Notes: a model not told the origin generated them from the sequence alone. A stretch of 64,000 nucleotides of DNA from Halorarum halobium (GCF_032116555.1 NZ_CP134949.1:2790001-2854000); one strand, 5' to 3'; counted from the first letter of the stretch, positions 29,804 through 40,307 are shown. Numbers and translations: made by a program.

Positions 29804-30547
29804 ATGCCCGAGACCGACTCCGATCTCACCACGATGACCTGGGAGGACGCGGGCGAGTCGCTCCTCACCGCCGACTGCGCCGTCCTCCCGACCGGCAGCG
29901 TCGAACAGCACTCGGTCCACCTCCCCGTCTCGACCGACACCCTGCGTGCGGACCACCTCACGGCCGAACTCGTCGAGGCCGCCGACGAGCACGGCCTGGA
30001 GTTCGTCCGCCTCCCGACGCTTCCGTACGGCTACTCCGAGCACCACATGCGCTTTCCCGGAACGGTGACGCTCTCGCAGGACACGTACAAGTCGGTCCTC
30101 GTGGACGTGGGAACCTCGCTCGCCGAACACGGCGCCGAGCGCCTGCTCTTTCTCAACACCCACGGCGGCAACGAGGAGGCGCTCGCGCTCGCAGCCGACC
30201 GGCTCAACCGCGACACCGACCTGACGGCCCACTTCGTCCACTGGACCGACTTCGCCCGCGACGAACTGGAGGAGCACTTCGGCGAGGGCTGGGGTCACGC
30301 CGGCGACCACGAGACGTCGTTCGTGGAACTGTACCGGCCGGACCTCGTGAAGGAGGGGAGAAAGGAGCCACAGACCACGAAGGAGATGCCCGAGACGCGC
30401 TCGTACGACTACTTCGACGACGTGACCGAGCAGGGCGGGCTGGGCGACCCGATGAACTCCGACCCCGAGTTCATGGAGACGGTCGTCGAACACGCGACCG
30501 ACCGCATTCTGGAGTCGTTGAAGCGCGACGTCGAGTCCGGCTGGTGA
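29804..30547 (+). CDS. creatininase-family amidohydrolase
   Basis: LPTGSVEQH..HLPVSTD, GYSEHHMRFPGT, NTHGGN, HAGDHETS. Confidence 0.92.
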   Translation: MPETDSDLTTMTWEDAGESLLTADCAVLPTGSVEQHSVHLPVSTDTLRADHLTAELVEAADEHGLEFVRLPTLPYGYSEHHMRFPGTVTLSQDTYKSVLVDVGTSLAEHGAERLLFLNTHGGNEEALALAADRLNRDTDLTAHFVHWTDFARDELEEHFGEGWGHAGDHETSFVELYRPDLVKEGRKEPQTTKEMPETRSYDYFDDVTEQGGLGDPMNSDPEFMETVVEHATDRILESLKRDVESGW

Positions 30548-30617
30548 TCGGGAGCAGGCGGTGCGAACCGGAGCAGTTCCGCATGAAAGGAGAGCGGTCC
30601 CGAACGGGGAGCGTCGC

Positions 30618-31732
30618 TCAGACGGCCGGCCTGTTCCGTGACTCCCCGTCCGCGCCGCCGAGTTCGTCCGCCCCGTCGTCGCCGACGCGGCGCGCCCGCA
30701 GGACGAGCAGCACCGCGCCCGCACCGACGACCGTGAGCGCCAGCCGAACGAGCCCCCCGCCGGGGACGAACCGGGTCAGCGCGACGACGAGCAGGCCGAC
30801 GCCGAGCGCGAGCAGGCGAGCGTACTCGACGCGGTCGCGGTCGAGCGCCCGGGTCCCGAGGACGTACGCGCCCAGCACGAGCCCGACCCACAGCAGCAGG
30901 CCGTAAGCCACCCCGCCGAGCACCGCGAGCGGAATGCCGACCAGCGTGACGGCGAGCAGCACGAGCAACACCGGGACGAGCAGCAGCGCCGCCAGCCCGA
31001 CCGCTCCGCTGTGGACCGTGTCGCCGAGCCCCGACTCGCCGACCTCCGAGACGAACCGCGGGGCGAGGACGAGCAGCATCGCCCCGAGCCATAGGTGAAC
31101 GAGCGTCGTGGAGAGCACGCTCAGCCACGACGGGACGGCGACGGGGACGAGGTCGAACTCGCCGACGCTCGCGCCGAGGTCGCGCTGGTCGACCGACCCG
31201 GCGACGCCGTCGCCCTCGAGGCGAAGTCGGGCGAGTCGTACGCCACGTCGCCGCCGACTGTGGCGGTGGGGCCGATGCGGACGCGGTCCGCGCCGACGGC
31301 CACGTCGCCCGCGACCGCGCCGTCGATGAGCGCCTCCCCGGCGCCGACGGTCAGGTCGCCGCCGACGGCGCCCGACTCGCGCAGCGCGAACGCTCCGGTC
31401 CCGAGTTCGACGACCCCGTCCACGCGGCCCTCGATGGTCACCGCGCCGGCCGCGCCGGCGAGGTCGCCGGTGACGACGCCGGTGGGCGAGACGAGCACCG
31501 TGCCGCCGACGGCGTTCAGGTCCCCGTCGACCGTCCCGTGGACGACCACCGTGCCGCCGACCGCGTCGAGGCCGCGGACCGTCTCGCCCTCCCCGACGAC
31601 GACGGTGCCGCCGACGCTCGACTCCTGTGCTGCCGCCGGCCCGCTCGCAACCAGAAGGAGCACGAGAAGCGCCGTGAGTAGCCGCACCGCCGTGGGTTTC
31701 AGATCGGAGGCTAGATCGCGTCCGGTCGGCAT
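30618..31732 (-). pseudogene. bactofilin-like (polymer-forming) repeat membrane protein, frameshifted near 31221
   Basis: Signal peptide and VxGD/GGxV repeats in one frame; the multi-TM C-terminus continues in another frame; adding one C restores ...DFA-LEGDGVAG. Confidence 0.7.
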
Positions 31733-31841
31733 AAGCTAGCGTTGACGCGGGATAGCACGTCGCTCGTGGCGTCGTCGGAGCGACCGCCCCGGGACGACGA
31801 CGAACCGACCTCGCTCGTGATGGCGCCACCCGACCCCCGGC

Positions 31842-33755
31842 TCAGACGTGCTCGTCGAGGAACTCGGCGATCGCCTCGAACTCCGTGATGAGGTTCTCGC
31901 GGCTCGTCGTGTGGTGGCCCTCGTCCTCGAAGATCAGTTTCTCGACCGGCACTCCCTGCTCGCGGGCCGCCTCGGCGACCTGCTCGGCCTCGCCGACCGG
32001 CACCCGCGGATCGTTCGCGCCGTGCTGGACGAACAGCGGGCACCGGATCTCGTCGACGTGCGTGAGCGGCGAGATGGACTTCAGGAACTCGTAGTCGTCC
32101 GCGAGGCTGCCGTACTCGGCCTCACGGTGGCTCCGCCGCCACTCGCCGGTGTTCTCGAGGAACGTCGTGAAGTCCGCGATGCCCACGAAGTCGACCGCGG
32201 CGGCCCACAGGTCGGGGTACTCCGTGATCGCCGCGAGCACCATGAACCCGCCGTACGAGCGCCCGTAGGCGACGACGCGGTCGGAATCGACCGCCCGCTG
32301 CTCCCCGAGCCACTCCACCGCGGCGGCGACGTCCGCGACCGAGTCCATCCGCCGTTCCACGTCGTCGAGGTGGGCGTACGCCGTCCCGTAGCCCGAGGAG
32401 CCGCGGACGTTCGGCTCCAGCACCGCGTAGCCGCGGTTCAGGAAGTACTGCTTCGTCGGATAGAACCACGGCCGGCGCTGGTGTTCGGGCCCGCCGTGGA
32501 CGTCGACGATGACCGGGACGGGCTCCTCGGGCGTCGCGCCGTCTGGCATCGCCACCTCGCCGGCGTCCGGCGGTGCCGGCTCGGGCATCGTCCAGTACGC
32601 CGGGATCTCGCGCCCGTCGAACGTCTCGTAGTGGATCGTCTCGGGTTCCCGGAACGACGCCTCCGGCACGCCGTTCGTCCCGGCCGGCGTCCAGTCGGCC
32701 GAGTCGCGCTCGCCCCAGTCGGTCACCCGGACGCCGTACGGCTCCGTCGGGGCCGTGTGGGTGAACGCCACCCGCTCGGCGTCGGGGCCGAACGCGAACT
32801 CGGACGCGATGCCGTCCACGTCGGGCGCGTCGGCGGGGGTAAACTCGGTGCCCTCGAGGGTGCCCGCGCGGACCGCCGAGTAGCCGTCCTCGTTGCGCGC
32901 GAAGACGGCCCGGCCGGCGTCGCGGTCGTACGCCAGCGCGTCCACGTCCCAGGCGTCGGTTCCGGGTTCTCCGCTCTGATTCCCGTCGCCTCCTGCGACT
33001 TTCTCGAGTTCGCCAGTGGCGAGATCGAACCGTCCCACGTAGGCCGTGTCCGTACCGTGGTCGGTGACGCAGTAGAGCCCGCCCGCGCCGTCGAACTGGA
33101 GGTGCGAGTAGGTCGCCCCGGCGTCGTCCGAGAGCGTCCGGGGCGTGCCGGAGTCGAGATCCAGCAGCGACAGATCCACGTCGTAGCTGGAGTGGGGGTT
33201 CAGGAGGGCGAGTCGCTCGCCGCGCGGGCCGAACGCGGCGACGGTGAGCCAGCCGCCGGGGCCCTCGTGGAGCTTCCGCGGACTACCGTGTGCGTCGCCG
33301 TCGCCGGGCCGCCCGACCCGCTGCACGTACACGTCGAACCGGCCGTCGGCCTCCCGGTTCGCGGTGTAGGCGACCCGCTCGCCGTCGGGCCCCCACGCAC
33401 CCCAGGCGTGCTTGGCCGTCGGCTCGTCGGTCAGCGCCGTCTCGACGCCGGTTTCGAGGTCGTAGTGGGAGAGCTGGTCCCGCTCGTCGCTGCCGGCGTC
33501 CATGCCGAAGACGAACGCCTCGTCGGTCGGCGAGGCCGCGAGCGTCGAGACGCGCTCCTCGTGGGGTGTGAGCCGCCGGGGCCACGCGCCCGGCTCGTCG
33601 GTCGTCCAGACCTGTGGCGTCCCTGAGGTGTCGGCGAGAAACAGCAACCGGCCGCCCGGCGTGAACGCCGGCGAATTCACCTGCTCGACCGCGAGGTACC
33701 GCGCCACGCCGTAGCCGGTCGTCCCCGCGTCGGTATCGGGGTCGGAGTCAGTCAT
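31842..33755 (-). CDS. S9-family peptidase (prolyl oligopeptidase/acylaminoacyl peptidase-like)
   Basis: HGGPE, NVRGSSGYG, GRSYGG nucleophile, HGANDPRVP, EGH. Confidence 0.93.
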   Translation of the reverse strand: MTDSDPDTDAGTTGYGVARYLAVEQVNSPAFTPGGRLLFLADTSGTPQVWTTDEPGAWPRRLTPHEERVSTLAASPTDEAFVFGMDAGSDERDQLSHYDLETGVETALTDEPTAKHAWGAWGPDGERVAYTANREADGRFDVYVQRVGRPGDGDAHGSPRKLHEGPGGWLTVAAFGPRGERLALLNPHSSYDVDLSLLDLDSGTPRTLSDDAGATYSHLQFDGAGGLYCVTDHGTDTAYVGRFDLATGELEKVAGGDGNQSGEPGTDAWDVDALAYDRDAGRAVFARNEDGYSAVRAGTLEGTEFTPADAPDVDGIASEFAFGPDAERVAFTHTAPTEPYGVRVTDWGERDSADWTPAGTNGVPEASFREPETIHYETFDGREIPAYWTMPEPAPPDAGEVAMPDGATPEEPVPVIVDVHGGPEHQRRPWFYPTKQYFLNRGYAVLEPNVRGSSGYGTAYAHLDDVERRMDSVADVAAAVEWLGEQRAVDSDRVVAYGRSYGGFMVLAAITEYPDLWAAAVDFVGIADFTTFLENTGEWRRSHREAEYGSLADDYEFLKSISPLTHVDEIRCPLFVQHGANDPRVPVGEAEQVAEAAREQGVPVEKLIFEDEGHHTTSRENLITEFEAIAEFLDEHV

Positions 33756-34011
33756 GCCCGAACCGGGAGTCCGGCCCGGCTAAAGGGTTCGGCTGCCGGC
33801 GAGCCGCGAGCGCGCTGAGAAGCGTGAAAACCGCCTGACGACGGCCCGAATCGGAGCTGGTTCCTCCCATCCGGACGTCCCGAAACGGCGGACGCCGTCT
33901 CGGGCCCGAGGGTGCGGGCCAACCCGAAGCCTCGGCATACGTCGGGTATGCCGATGGTAACCGGCAAATGCGTGCCGAACCGCCTCCCGTGTCGCCGCCC
34001 ATGTCCATCGC

Positions 34012-34791
34012 ATGCCATCCTGCCCCGACGACGAGGCGAGCCCAGTTGTCGAGTCGCGGTCGGACGCACGGGCCGGCCAGCCGCGGGACGCCGGAAGTGG
34101 GGACGAGCGACCGGCGGAGCACCCGCGTCGGCCGGTCACCGATGGCGGCGAGGACGAGGCGGAGGAAGCCGAGGAGGACGGGAGCGAACACGAGCAGAAC
34201 GGGAACGAACAAGAGCAGGACGAGGAAGCGGCCGAGGAGTCGGCCGCGGAAGCCGAGCAGGAGACGCCGGAGGAGGCCGAGGACGACGAGGAGTCCGCGG
34301 AGGAGGAACGGGATGGGGAGACATCGGAAGAGGATGAGGGCCGCTCGCGCGTCCTCCACCTCGACCTCCAGGGGCTGTTCCTCGACCTGCTCGGCCTCGA
34401 AGTCGACCTGAACGAGGTCGTCCTGGACGTCGACGCCGTCGAGGGGAACGACAACCTGCTGGGTAACCTCCTCTCGGGCGTCGCTGGCCTGCTCAGTCCG
34501 CCCACCGGCGGCGGCCTCAGGGGGCTGCTCGGTAGCCTGACCGACTTCGACGGCGTCGGCGGGTTCGGCGGCCTCGGCGGCCTCCTCGGGTCCTCGGACG
34601 AGGATGACGAGGAGGGGGAGGGACGCATCTCGGGGATGGTCTCGTCGGCGAAGGAGTCGGTGTCGGAGACGGCGGGCGACGCGCTGGAGGAGGTGGACCT
34701 CAACGACCTGCTGACGGACCTCCTGAAGGAGTTCGTGAACCAGCTGTTCGAGACGAGTTCAGACGAGTCGAACGGGGAGTCCGAGTCATGA
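34012..34791 (+). CDS. acidic hypothetical protein (LDLLGL..NLLGNLL domain)
   Basis: Acidic N-terminus, then VLHLDLQGLFLDLLGLEVDLNEVVLDV...NLLGNLL; start codon uncertain. Confidence 0.75.
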   Translation: MPSCPDDEASPVVESRSDARAGQPRDAGSGDERPAEHPRRPVTDGGEDEAEEAEEDGSEHEQNGNEQEQDEEAAEESAAEAEQETPEEAEDDEESAEEERDGETSEEDEGRSRVLHLDLQGLFLDLLGLEVDLNEVVLDVDAVEGNDNLLGNLLSGVAGLLSPPTGGGLRGLLGSLTDFDGVGGFGGLGGLLGSSDEDDEEGEGRISGMVSSAKESVSETAGDALEEVDLNDLLTDLLKEFVNQLFETSSDESNGESES

Positions 34792-35141
34792 GCGACGACG
34801 GCGGCGGCGACGCGGAGGCGGGCGGACTGCTGGAGACCGTCGAGGGCATCGACTTCGAGGAGGTGTTCGAGGGGACGCCGCTGGAGGGCTCGTTCGCGGA
34901 GAGCGGGTCCGTCTCCGAGACCGTCGGCGGCTACATGGGGTCGGTCGTCGGCAGAAGCGTCGGCGAGTGGCTCGGCGGCCTCGTCGCCGGCGCTCTGCTC
35001 AGCGCGCTCGAGGTGGGTGGGGAGGAAGGGGAGAACGAGGAGGGCGAAGACGTGGGGGAGGAAGAGGAGGACGACGGCGGCGAAACGGAGCGAGACGAGG
35101 AGGAAGAACCCGACGACGGAGAGGGCGGGGAGTCGGCGTGA
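34788..35141 (+). CDS. acidic glycine-zipper hypothetical protein
   Basis: ATGA overlap with the upstream gene; GGYMGSVVGRSVGEWLGGLVAG. Confidence 0.75.
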   Translation: MSDDGGGDAEAGGLLETVEGIDFEEVFEGTPLEGSFAESGSVSETVGGYMGSVVGRSVGEWLGGLVAGALLSALEVGGEEGENEEGEDVGEEEEDDGGETERDEEEEPDDGEGGESA

Positions 35142-35178
35142 CCCGCACCCGCTGCCGGTTCGCACGGGGTGAGCGTCC

Positions 35179-36018
35179 GTGAGCGACGCGCCGGACCCCA
35201 GGGAGGCCCTCCTCGACGAATTCACCGAGCAGACGGACCTCCGGGATCTGGTGAGCGGCGACGACCTGACCGAGCGACTCGACCTCGAATCGCTGGGTCG
35301 GGCCGTCGGCAGGGCGCTCGGGGCCACGGTGGGGCGACGGCTCGGACGCGAACTCTCACGTCGCGTCCGGTCGGCGGTCCCGTTCGTCGGCGGGTCGGAC
35401 CGGGACCGACCGTCGGTCGGGCGCGTCCTCGAGGCGCTGGCCGTCGCCGTCGTCAGGACGGTCTCCCGGCCGCCGTACCGCGGCGCGATCGGCGACGCGC
35501 TGTCCGCGCTGGTCGAGAAGCGCGAGGCGGCGCGGGAGGCAGCCGAGTCCGCCGAATCGACGGTCGAGGACGCAACGGAAGCGGCAGGGGAGACGGCGGA
35601 GAGTGCGACCGAAACGGCCGGGGAAACGGCGGAGTCGGCCGCCGACGCCGCGTCGGACGCCGGGTCGAGCGCAGCCGACGTGCTGCCGACCGACCGGGAC
35701 GACATCAAGCGCGACACGTACCGCGAACTGCTGGAGGTGCTGTCGTACTCGGACCTCCAGTCGGTCGCCAAATCGGTCGACGTGACGGCGAACCTGAGCC
35801 GCGAGGAGATGATCGACGCCATCGTCGAGGAGTTCTCCGCGGGGGACGTCGAACGGGGCGAGGGAGAATCGGAGGACGACGGCGAGGGTGACGGGGACGA
35901 AGCGAACGACGACGGCGACGAAGCGAACGACGACGGCGACGAAGCGAACGACGACGGCGACGAAGCGAACGACGACGGCGAGGATGACGGAAACGGAGCC
36001 GACGGGGGGAGCGACTGA
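35179..36018 (+). CDS. acidic glycine-zipper protein with C-terminal Rho-N/HeH-like module
   Basis: LGRAVGRALGATVGRRLG; LSYSDLQSVAKSVDVTANLSREEMIDAI. Confidence 0.75.
   Translation: MSDAPDPREALLDEFTEQTDLRDLVSGDDLTERLDLESLGRAVGRALGATVGRRLGRELSRRVRSAVPFVGGSDRDRPSVGRVLEALAVAVVRTVSRPPYRGAIGDALSALVEKREAAREAAESAESTVEDATEAAGETAESATETAGETAESAADAASDAGSSAADVLPTDRDDIKRDTYRELLEVLSYSDLQSVAKSVDVTANLSREEMIDAIVEEFSAGDVERGEGESEDDGEGDGDEANDDGDEANDDGDEANDDGDEANDDGEDDGNGADGGSD
35896..35979 (+). repeat. 21-bp coding tandem repeat x4 (DEANDDG)
   Basis: GACGAAGCGAACGACGACGGC in four exact copies. Confidence 0.92.
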
Positions 36019-36713
36019 TGGGCGAGGACGTCGCCGGGGACCGGGAGGACCGGTCGCTGGAGCTCACGGAGCAGTTCTCCGAGACGGCCGAGGCCGTCGC
36101 CCCCCTGCTCGATTCCGACGACGGTGGCTCGCCCGACGACGAGGAGGCGGCCCGGGAGACCCTCGGGGACCTGGCGGCGACGGTCCGCGACGCGGGGTTC
36201 GACGACCTGCTCCGCGCGGCCGGCGTGGAGAACCTCCCGGAGGACCCGACGCCGGCCGACCTCCCGGAGCTGATGGCCGACGCGGACGAGGGTGACCTTG
36301 CCGTGGTCCGTCGCCTGCTCGGTGCCCGCGACCTGGCCGACGGGTGGGACGCGATGGAGTCCGACGAGCGGACCGAGCGGCTCATGGACCTCTTCGGCGG
36401 CGTCGCCGACGTGGACGAAAAAGCGAGGGAGGGCGGGGAGAAAGCGGAGTCGGATGACGCCGAAGCGGAGACCGACTCGCTCGCCGACCGACTCCGGGAG
36501 GCCGCGGACGAACTCGTTGCGGGTGAGGGGTCGGAGGCCGACGAGGACGACGGGAGCGACGAGGGCGAGACGGACGAGGACGAAGCCGAGCGGCGCTCGG
36601 ATCGAGAGTTCCCCGGCCGACGGCGGCGCTACTCGTCGGTCCCGTCGCGCAGGCCGGACATGCGCGGCGTGGGGCGCGCGTCGACGATGCCCCGGCGCAG
36701 GCGCGACGGGTAG
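36018..36713 (+). CDS. acidic hypothetical protein with basic C-terminal tail
   Basis: TGATG overlap; ends RRRRYSSVPSRRPDMRGVGRASTMPRRRRDG. Confidence 0.75.
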   Translation: MGEDVAGDREDRSLELTEQFSETAEAVAPLLDSDDGGSPDDEEAARETLGDLAATVRDAGFDDLLRAAGVENLPEDPTPADLPELMADADEGDLAVVRRLLGARDLADGWDAMESDERTERLMDLFGGVADVDEKAREGGEKAESDDAEAETDSLADRLREAADELVAGEGSEADEDDGSDEGETDEDEAERRSDREFPGRRRRYSSVPSRRPDMRGVGRASTMPRRRRDG

Positions 36714-36747
36714 GGCGAGCCCCCGCGGTCGCCGGTCCGGGCGCCGG

Positions 36748-38118
36748 TCAGTCGGCGAGGCGTTGGTCCGCGAGGCGCCGGAGGACCGCCGCCGTCGTCC
36801 GGATGCCGTTCTCGAAGCAGTCGAGGTCGAGGTGCTCGTTGGGCGAGTGGTTGCCCTGGTCGGGGTTCGCGTACGGGACGACGAGCACCGGCACGTCGGC
36901 GAGCGCGTCGACGCGCCGGAAGAACGCGGCCGGGAGCGACCCGCCCAGCACCGGAAGTTCGACCGGTTCGTCGCCCCAGACGGCCGCGAGCGCGTCTCGA
37001 ACCGGGCCGGCGGCCGGGGCGTCGACCGGCGTCTTCATCGGCGGGAACGTCGTCCCCTTCGTCACCCTCACGTCGGGGTGTTCGTCGGCGACGTGGTCCC
37101 GGAGAGATTCGAAGACTGCGTCGGGGTCCTGGCCAGGAACCAGCCGGCAATCGCACTTGGCCGTGGCCTCGCTGGGGATGACGGTCTTGCTTCCCTCGCC
37201 CTGGTAGCCGGAGTCGAGGCCGTTGACGCTCAGCGTCGGTTCGAGGAGGAGCCGCTCGTAGTACGACCGGTCGGTCGCGAGGTGGGTGAGCCCGAGTTCC
37301 TCCCTGATCTCGTCCTCGTCGTCCGGGAGGCGGTCGACCAGTTCCCGGTCGGCGTCGGTCACCTCGCTGCCCTCGTGGAAGCCCTCGACCGTGACCCTGT
37401 CGCCGTCCACCATCGAGGCGAGCACCTCGGTCAGTTCCGTCGCGGCGTTGGGGACCGGCCCGCCGAAGTTGCCCGAGTGGAGGTCGGCGTCGGCGGTCGT
37501 CAGGTCGAGCCGGAACGTCAGGATGCCGCGGTTGCCGTAGATGAGCGTCGGTCGGCCGCTCCGATGCTGGGGGCCATCGGCCACGTACACGAGGTCGACG
37601 TCGGCCAGGGCGTCGGGACCGGTCGCCAGGTAGTCCGCGAGCCCGCGACTGCCCGACTCCTCGCCGCCCTCGACGAGCAGCTTCACGTTCACGTCCGGGA
37701 GTTCTCCAGCCCTGTCGAGCGCGTCCACGGCGAACGCGTGGCAGGCGAACTGGCCCTTGTTATCGCCGGCGCCGCGGGCGTAGATTGCGCCGTCGCGGAC
37801 CGTCGGCTCGAACGCCGGCGAGTCCCACGCGCCCGGGTGTTCTGCGGGCTGGACGTCGTAGTGGCCGTAGAACAGCACCGTCGACGCGTCGTCGTTCGCG
37901 TCGGCGAGCCGTTCGGCGTACACCGCCGGATAGTGGTCCGTTTCGACTCGCCGCGCGTCGAAGCCGTGATCCGCGAGGAACTCGCGGACCGCGTCGGCGC
38001 CCTCGTCCATCCCCTCGCCGGTCGCGCTGACGGTGGGCCGAGCGAGGAGGTCGAACAGCGCCCCGCGGTAATCGTCGATCCGGTCATCGATCGTCGCGCC
38101 GACGTCGCCCGTGCTCAT
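36748..38118 (-). CDS. M20-family metallopeptidase/dipeptidase
   Basis: ATG at 38118; YGHYDVQP, ARGAGDNKGQ, EGGEESGS, DLHSG, HSPNE. Confidence 0.92.
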   Translation of the reverse strand: MSTGDVGATIDDRIDDYRGALFDLLARPTVSATGEGMDEGADAVREFLADHGFDARRVETDHYPAVYAERLADANDDASTVLFYGHYDVQPAEHPGAWDSPAFEPTVRDGAIYARGAGDNKGQFACHAFAVDALDRAGELPDVNVKLLVEGGEESGSRGLADYLATGPDALADVDLVYVADGPQHRSGRPTLIYGNRGILTFRLDLTTADADLHSGNFGGPVPNAATELTEVLASMVDGDRVTVEGFHEGSEVTDADRELVDRLPDDEDEIREELGLTHLATDRSYYERLLLEPTLSVNGLDSGYQGEGSKTVIPSEATAKCDCRLVPGQDPDAVFESLRDHVADEHPDVRVTKGTTFPPMKTPVDAPAAGPVRDALAAVWGDEPVELPVLGGSLPAAFFRRVDALADVPVLVVPYANPDQGNHSPNEHLDLDCFENGIRTTAAVLRRLADQRLAD

Positions 38119-38222
38119 CGGTGGGACGGGCACGCCCGGCGGCTTCGGTGTTGCGGGGCCGGCGGGCCGTGCTGGTTCGGCGACAGCGTTCAAGTGGCTC
38201 GCGCGGAATCGCCCGGACTGCC

Positions 38223-38447
38223 ATGGACGAAGCACTAGAAGCCGTCGAGGTCATCGCCGATTCGGGACTGGAGGGCGCGTTCGTGTGGCTGCTCAGGCTC
38301 CTCGGCCTCCTTGCGATCGCAGGAGGGCTGGGCCTCTGGCTGTTCACCGAGATGGGCCTGCTCGTCATGCCGGCGCTGCTCGTCGTCGTCGGGGTCGTGC
38401 TGCTCGTCGCGCCGAGCGTCCTGCTCGCGCTCGCGGAACTGACGTGA
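38223..38447 (+). CDS. small 2-TM membrane protein
   Basis: MDEALEAVEVIAD followed by two hydrophobic helices. Confidence 0.65.
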   Translation: MDEALEAVEVIADSGLEGAFVWLLRLLGLLAIAGGLGLWLFTEMGLLVMPALLVVVGVVLLVAPSVLLALAELT

Positions 38448-38879
38448 CCTCGGACGGGGCCGCCGTTCCGGTCGAGTCGCCGTTCCCGCGGCGGCGACGT
38501 TCCTGCCCGGGACGACACTGACTCGACAGAGATTCACCAACTCTTCTTCGCCGCGTTCGGTGCGGAGCACGTCAACCGGGTTGGCCGCGACCAGAACGGC
38601 GAGGCCGACGTCGAACGGACACGGCAGACGAGAGACGGTGAGCGGTCGGGAGGCGGGTACACGCGGCCGATTTCGTCAAAATCAGCAGACGGCGTCGGGT
38701 GGAGTCCCGAGCATCGACCCGCAAACGGGGACGTGTTTCTGGCCCCGCCGAAAAATTTGATATAGCGAAATGAAGTTCACTCTCCCGAGTCGTCGAACAC
38801 GAATTCGGGTCGAAAACCGCCCGAACGCTTCCGGATGCACAAGGATTACCGACCGTGAGGACGAGGTTCGGACGCTCAC

Positions 38880-40307
38880 GTGGCGAACGAGGACGCGCGC
38901 GTCGACATGACGACCGGACCCATCAGCCCGCGGCTCTTCTCGTTAGCCTGGCCGCTCGTGCTCGGCAACCTCGTCCAGACGCTGTACAACCTCGCGGACA
39001 TGTTCTGGGTCGGGCGCGTGGGGCCGGAAGCGGTCGCGGCCGTCTCGCTCATGTTCCCGCTCTCGTGGATGTTCGTCTCGACGGCCATGGGGCTCACCGC
39101 CGCGACCATCGCGCTCGTCTCCCAGCACGTCGGCGCGGGCGAGGACCGGGCGGCCGACCGCGTCGTGGGGCAGACGACGCTGCTGGCGGTGGTCGTCTCG
39201 CTCGCGCTCACGGCCGCAGGGCTGGCCGCGCGGCGGCCGCTCCTGTACTGGATCGGCGCGCGCGGCGAGGTGTTCGTCCAGTCGCTCGCCTACATCGAGG
39301 TCATCTTCCTCACGCTGCCGCTCACGTTCCTCTTTTTCGCGTTCCGGTCGTCGCTCCAGGGCGCGGGCGACACCCGGACGGCAATGTGGCTCGTCGCGGT
39401 GTCGGCAGGCGTCAACATCGTCCTCGACCCGTTTCTCGTGCTCGGCTGGGGACCGTTCCCGGCCTGGGGGACCCGCGGTGCCGCGGTCGCAACGTTCCTC
39501 TCGCGGGGGCTCGCCGCCGTCGTCGGCGTGTACATCCTCCTGCGGGGCGACTGGGGCATCCAGCTTCACCTCCGGGATCTCAGGCCGGACCCCGACCTCC
39601 TCCGCAGGCTGGTGGACGTCGGGTATCCCGGGACGCTCGACGGGTGGGCGCGGTCGTTCGCGTCGGTGGCGATGGCCGCGCTCGTCGCGCGGTTCGGCCC
39701 GGCCGCGACGGCCGCCTACGGCATCGGGATCAGGCTGATGTCCGTCTCCTGGACCGTGTCGGGCGCGGTCGGGCAGGCGACCGCGACGGGCGTGGGCCAG
39801 AACCTCGGCGCGGGGACGCCCGAGCGCGCGAGCCGGGTGACCGCGACCGCGACCGCGGGCACGATGGCGCTGCTGTTCGTGGCCGGCGGGCTCGTCTGGT
39901 GGTTCCCCGCGACGGCCATCCGGGTGTTCGTCGGCGATCCGGCCGTCGTCGCGGAGGGCGTGACGTTCCTCCGAATCATCGCGCTGTCCTGGGGATTCTT
40001 CGGCGGTCTGATGGTCGTCCAGGGCGCGTTCCGCGGCGCGGGCGACACCCGGATCGCGATGGCGCTCTCGCTGTGTTCGCGGTGGCTCTTTCGCGTTCCC
40101 GTCGCGCTCGTGGTCGCGTTCGCCTGGACCGTCACCGTGCCGGGGCTCGGGTCGGTCTCGGGGCTTGGCGTCGGCGTCGAGGGGCTCTGGTGGTCGTTCG
40201 CGCTGAGCGCGCTCGCCTCGTTCGTCGTCGGCGTCGCGTGGTTCCTCCGGGGCACCTGGACCGAGGGCGTTATCGACCGCGACGTGCCGAGCGCCGGAGA
40301 TGACTAG
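38880..40307 (+). CDS. MATE-family efflux transporter
   Basis: LAWPLVLGNLVQTLYNLADMFWVG; QGAGDTRTAM and RGAGDTRIAM; about 12 TM segments. Confidence 0.93.
   Translation: MANEDARVDMTTGPISPRLFSLAWPLVLGNLVQTLYNLADMFWVGRVGPEAVAAVSLMFPLSWMFVSTAMGLTAATIALVSQHVGAGEDRAADRVVGQTTLLAVVVSLALTAAGLAARRPLLYWIGARGEVFVQSLAYIEVIFLTLPLTFLFFAFRSSLQGAGDTRTAMWLVAVSAGVNIVLDPFLVLGWGPFPAWGTRGAAVATFLSRGLAAVVGVYILLRGDWGIQLHLRDLRPDPDLLRRLVDVGYPGTLDGWARSFASVAMAALVARFGPAATAAYGIGIRLMSVSWTVSGAVGQATATGVGQNLGAGTPERASRVTATATAGTMALLFVAGGLVWWFPATAIRVFVGDPAVVAEGVTFLRIIALSWGFFGGLMVVQGAFRGAGDTRIAMALSLCSRWLFRVPVALVVAFAWTVTVPGLGSVSGLGVGVEGLWWSFALSALASFVVGVAWFLRGTWTEGVIDRDVPSAGDD

Noticed and set aside
33780..35822. 680-aa Ser-rich minus-strand ORF
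   Set aside because: Antisense reading of Glu/Asp codons in the acidic operon.
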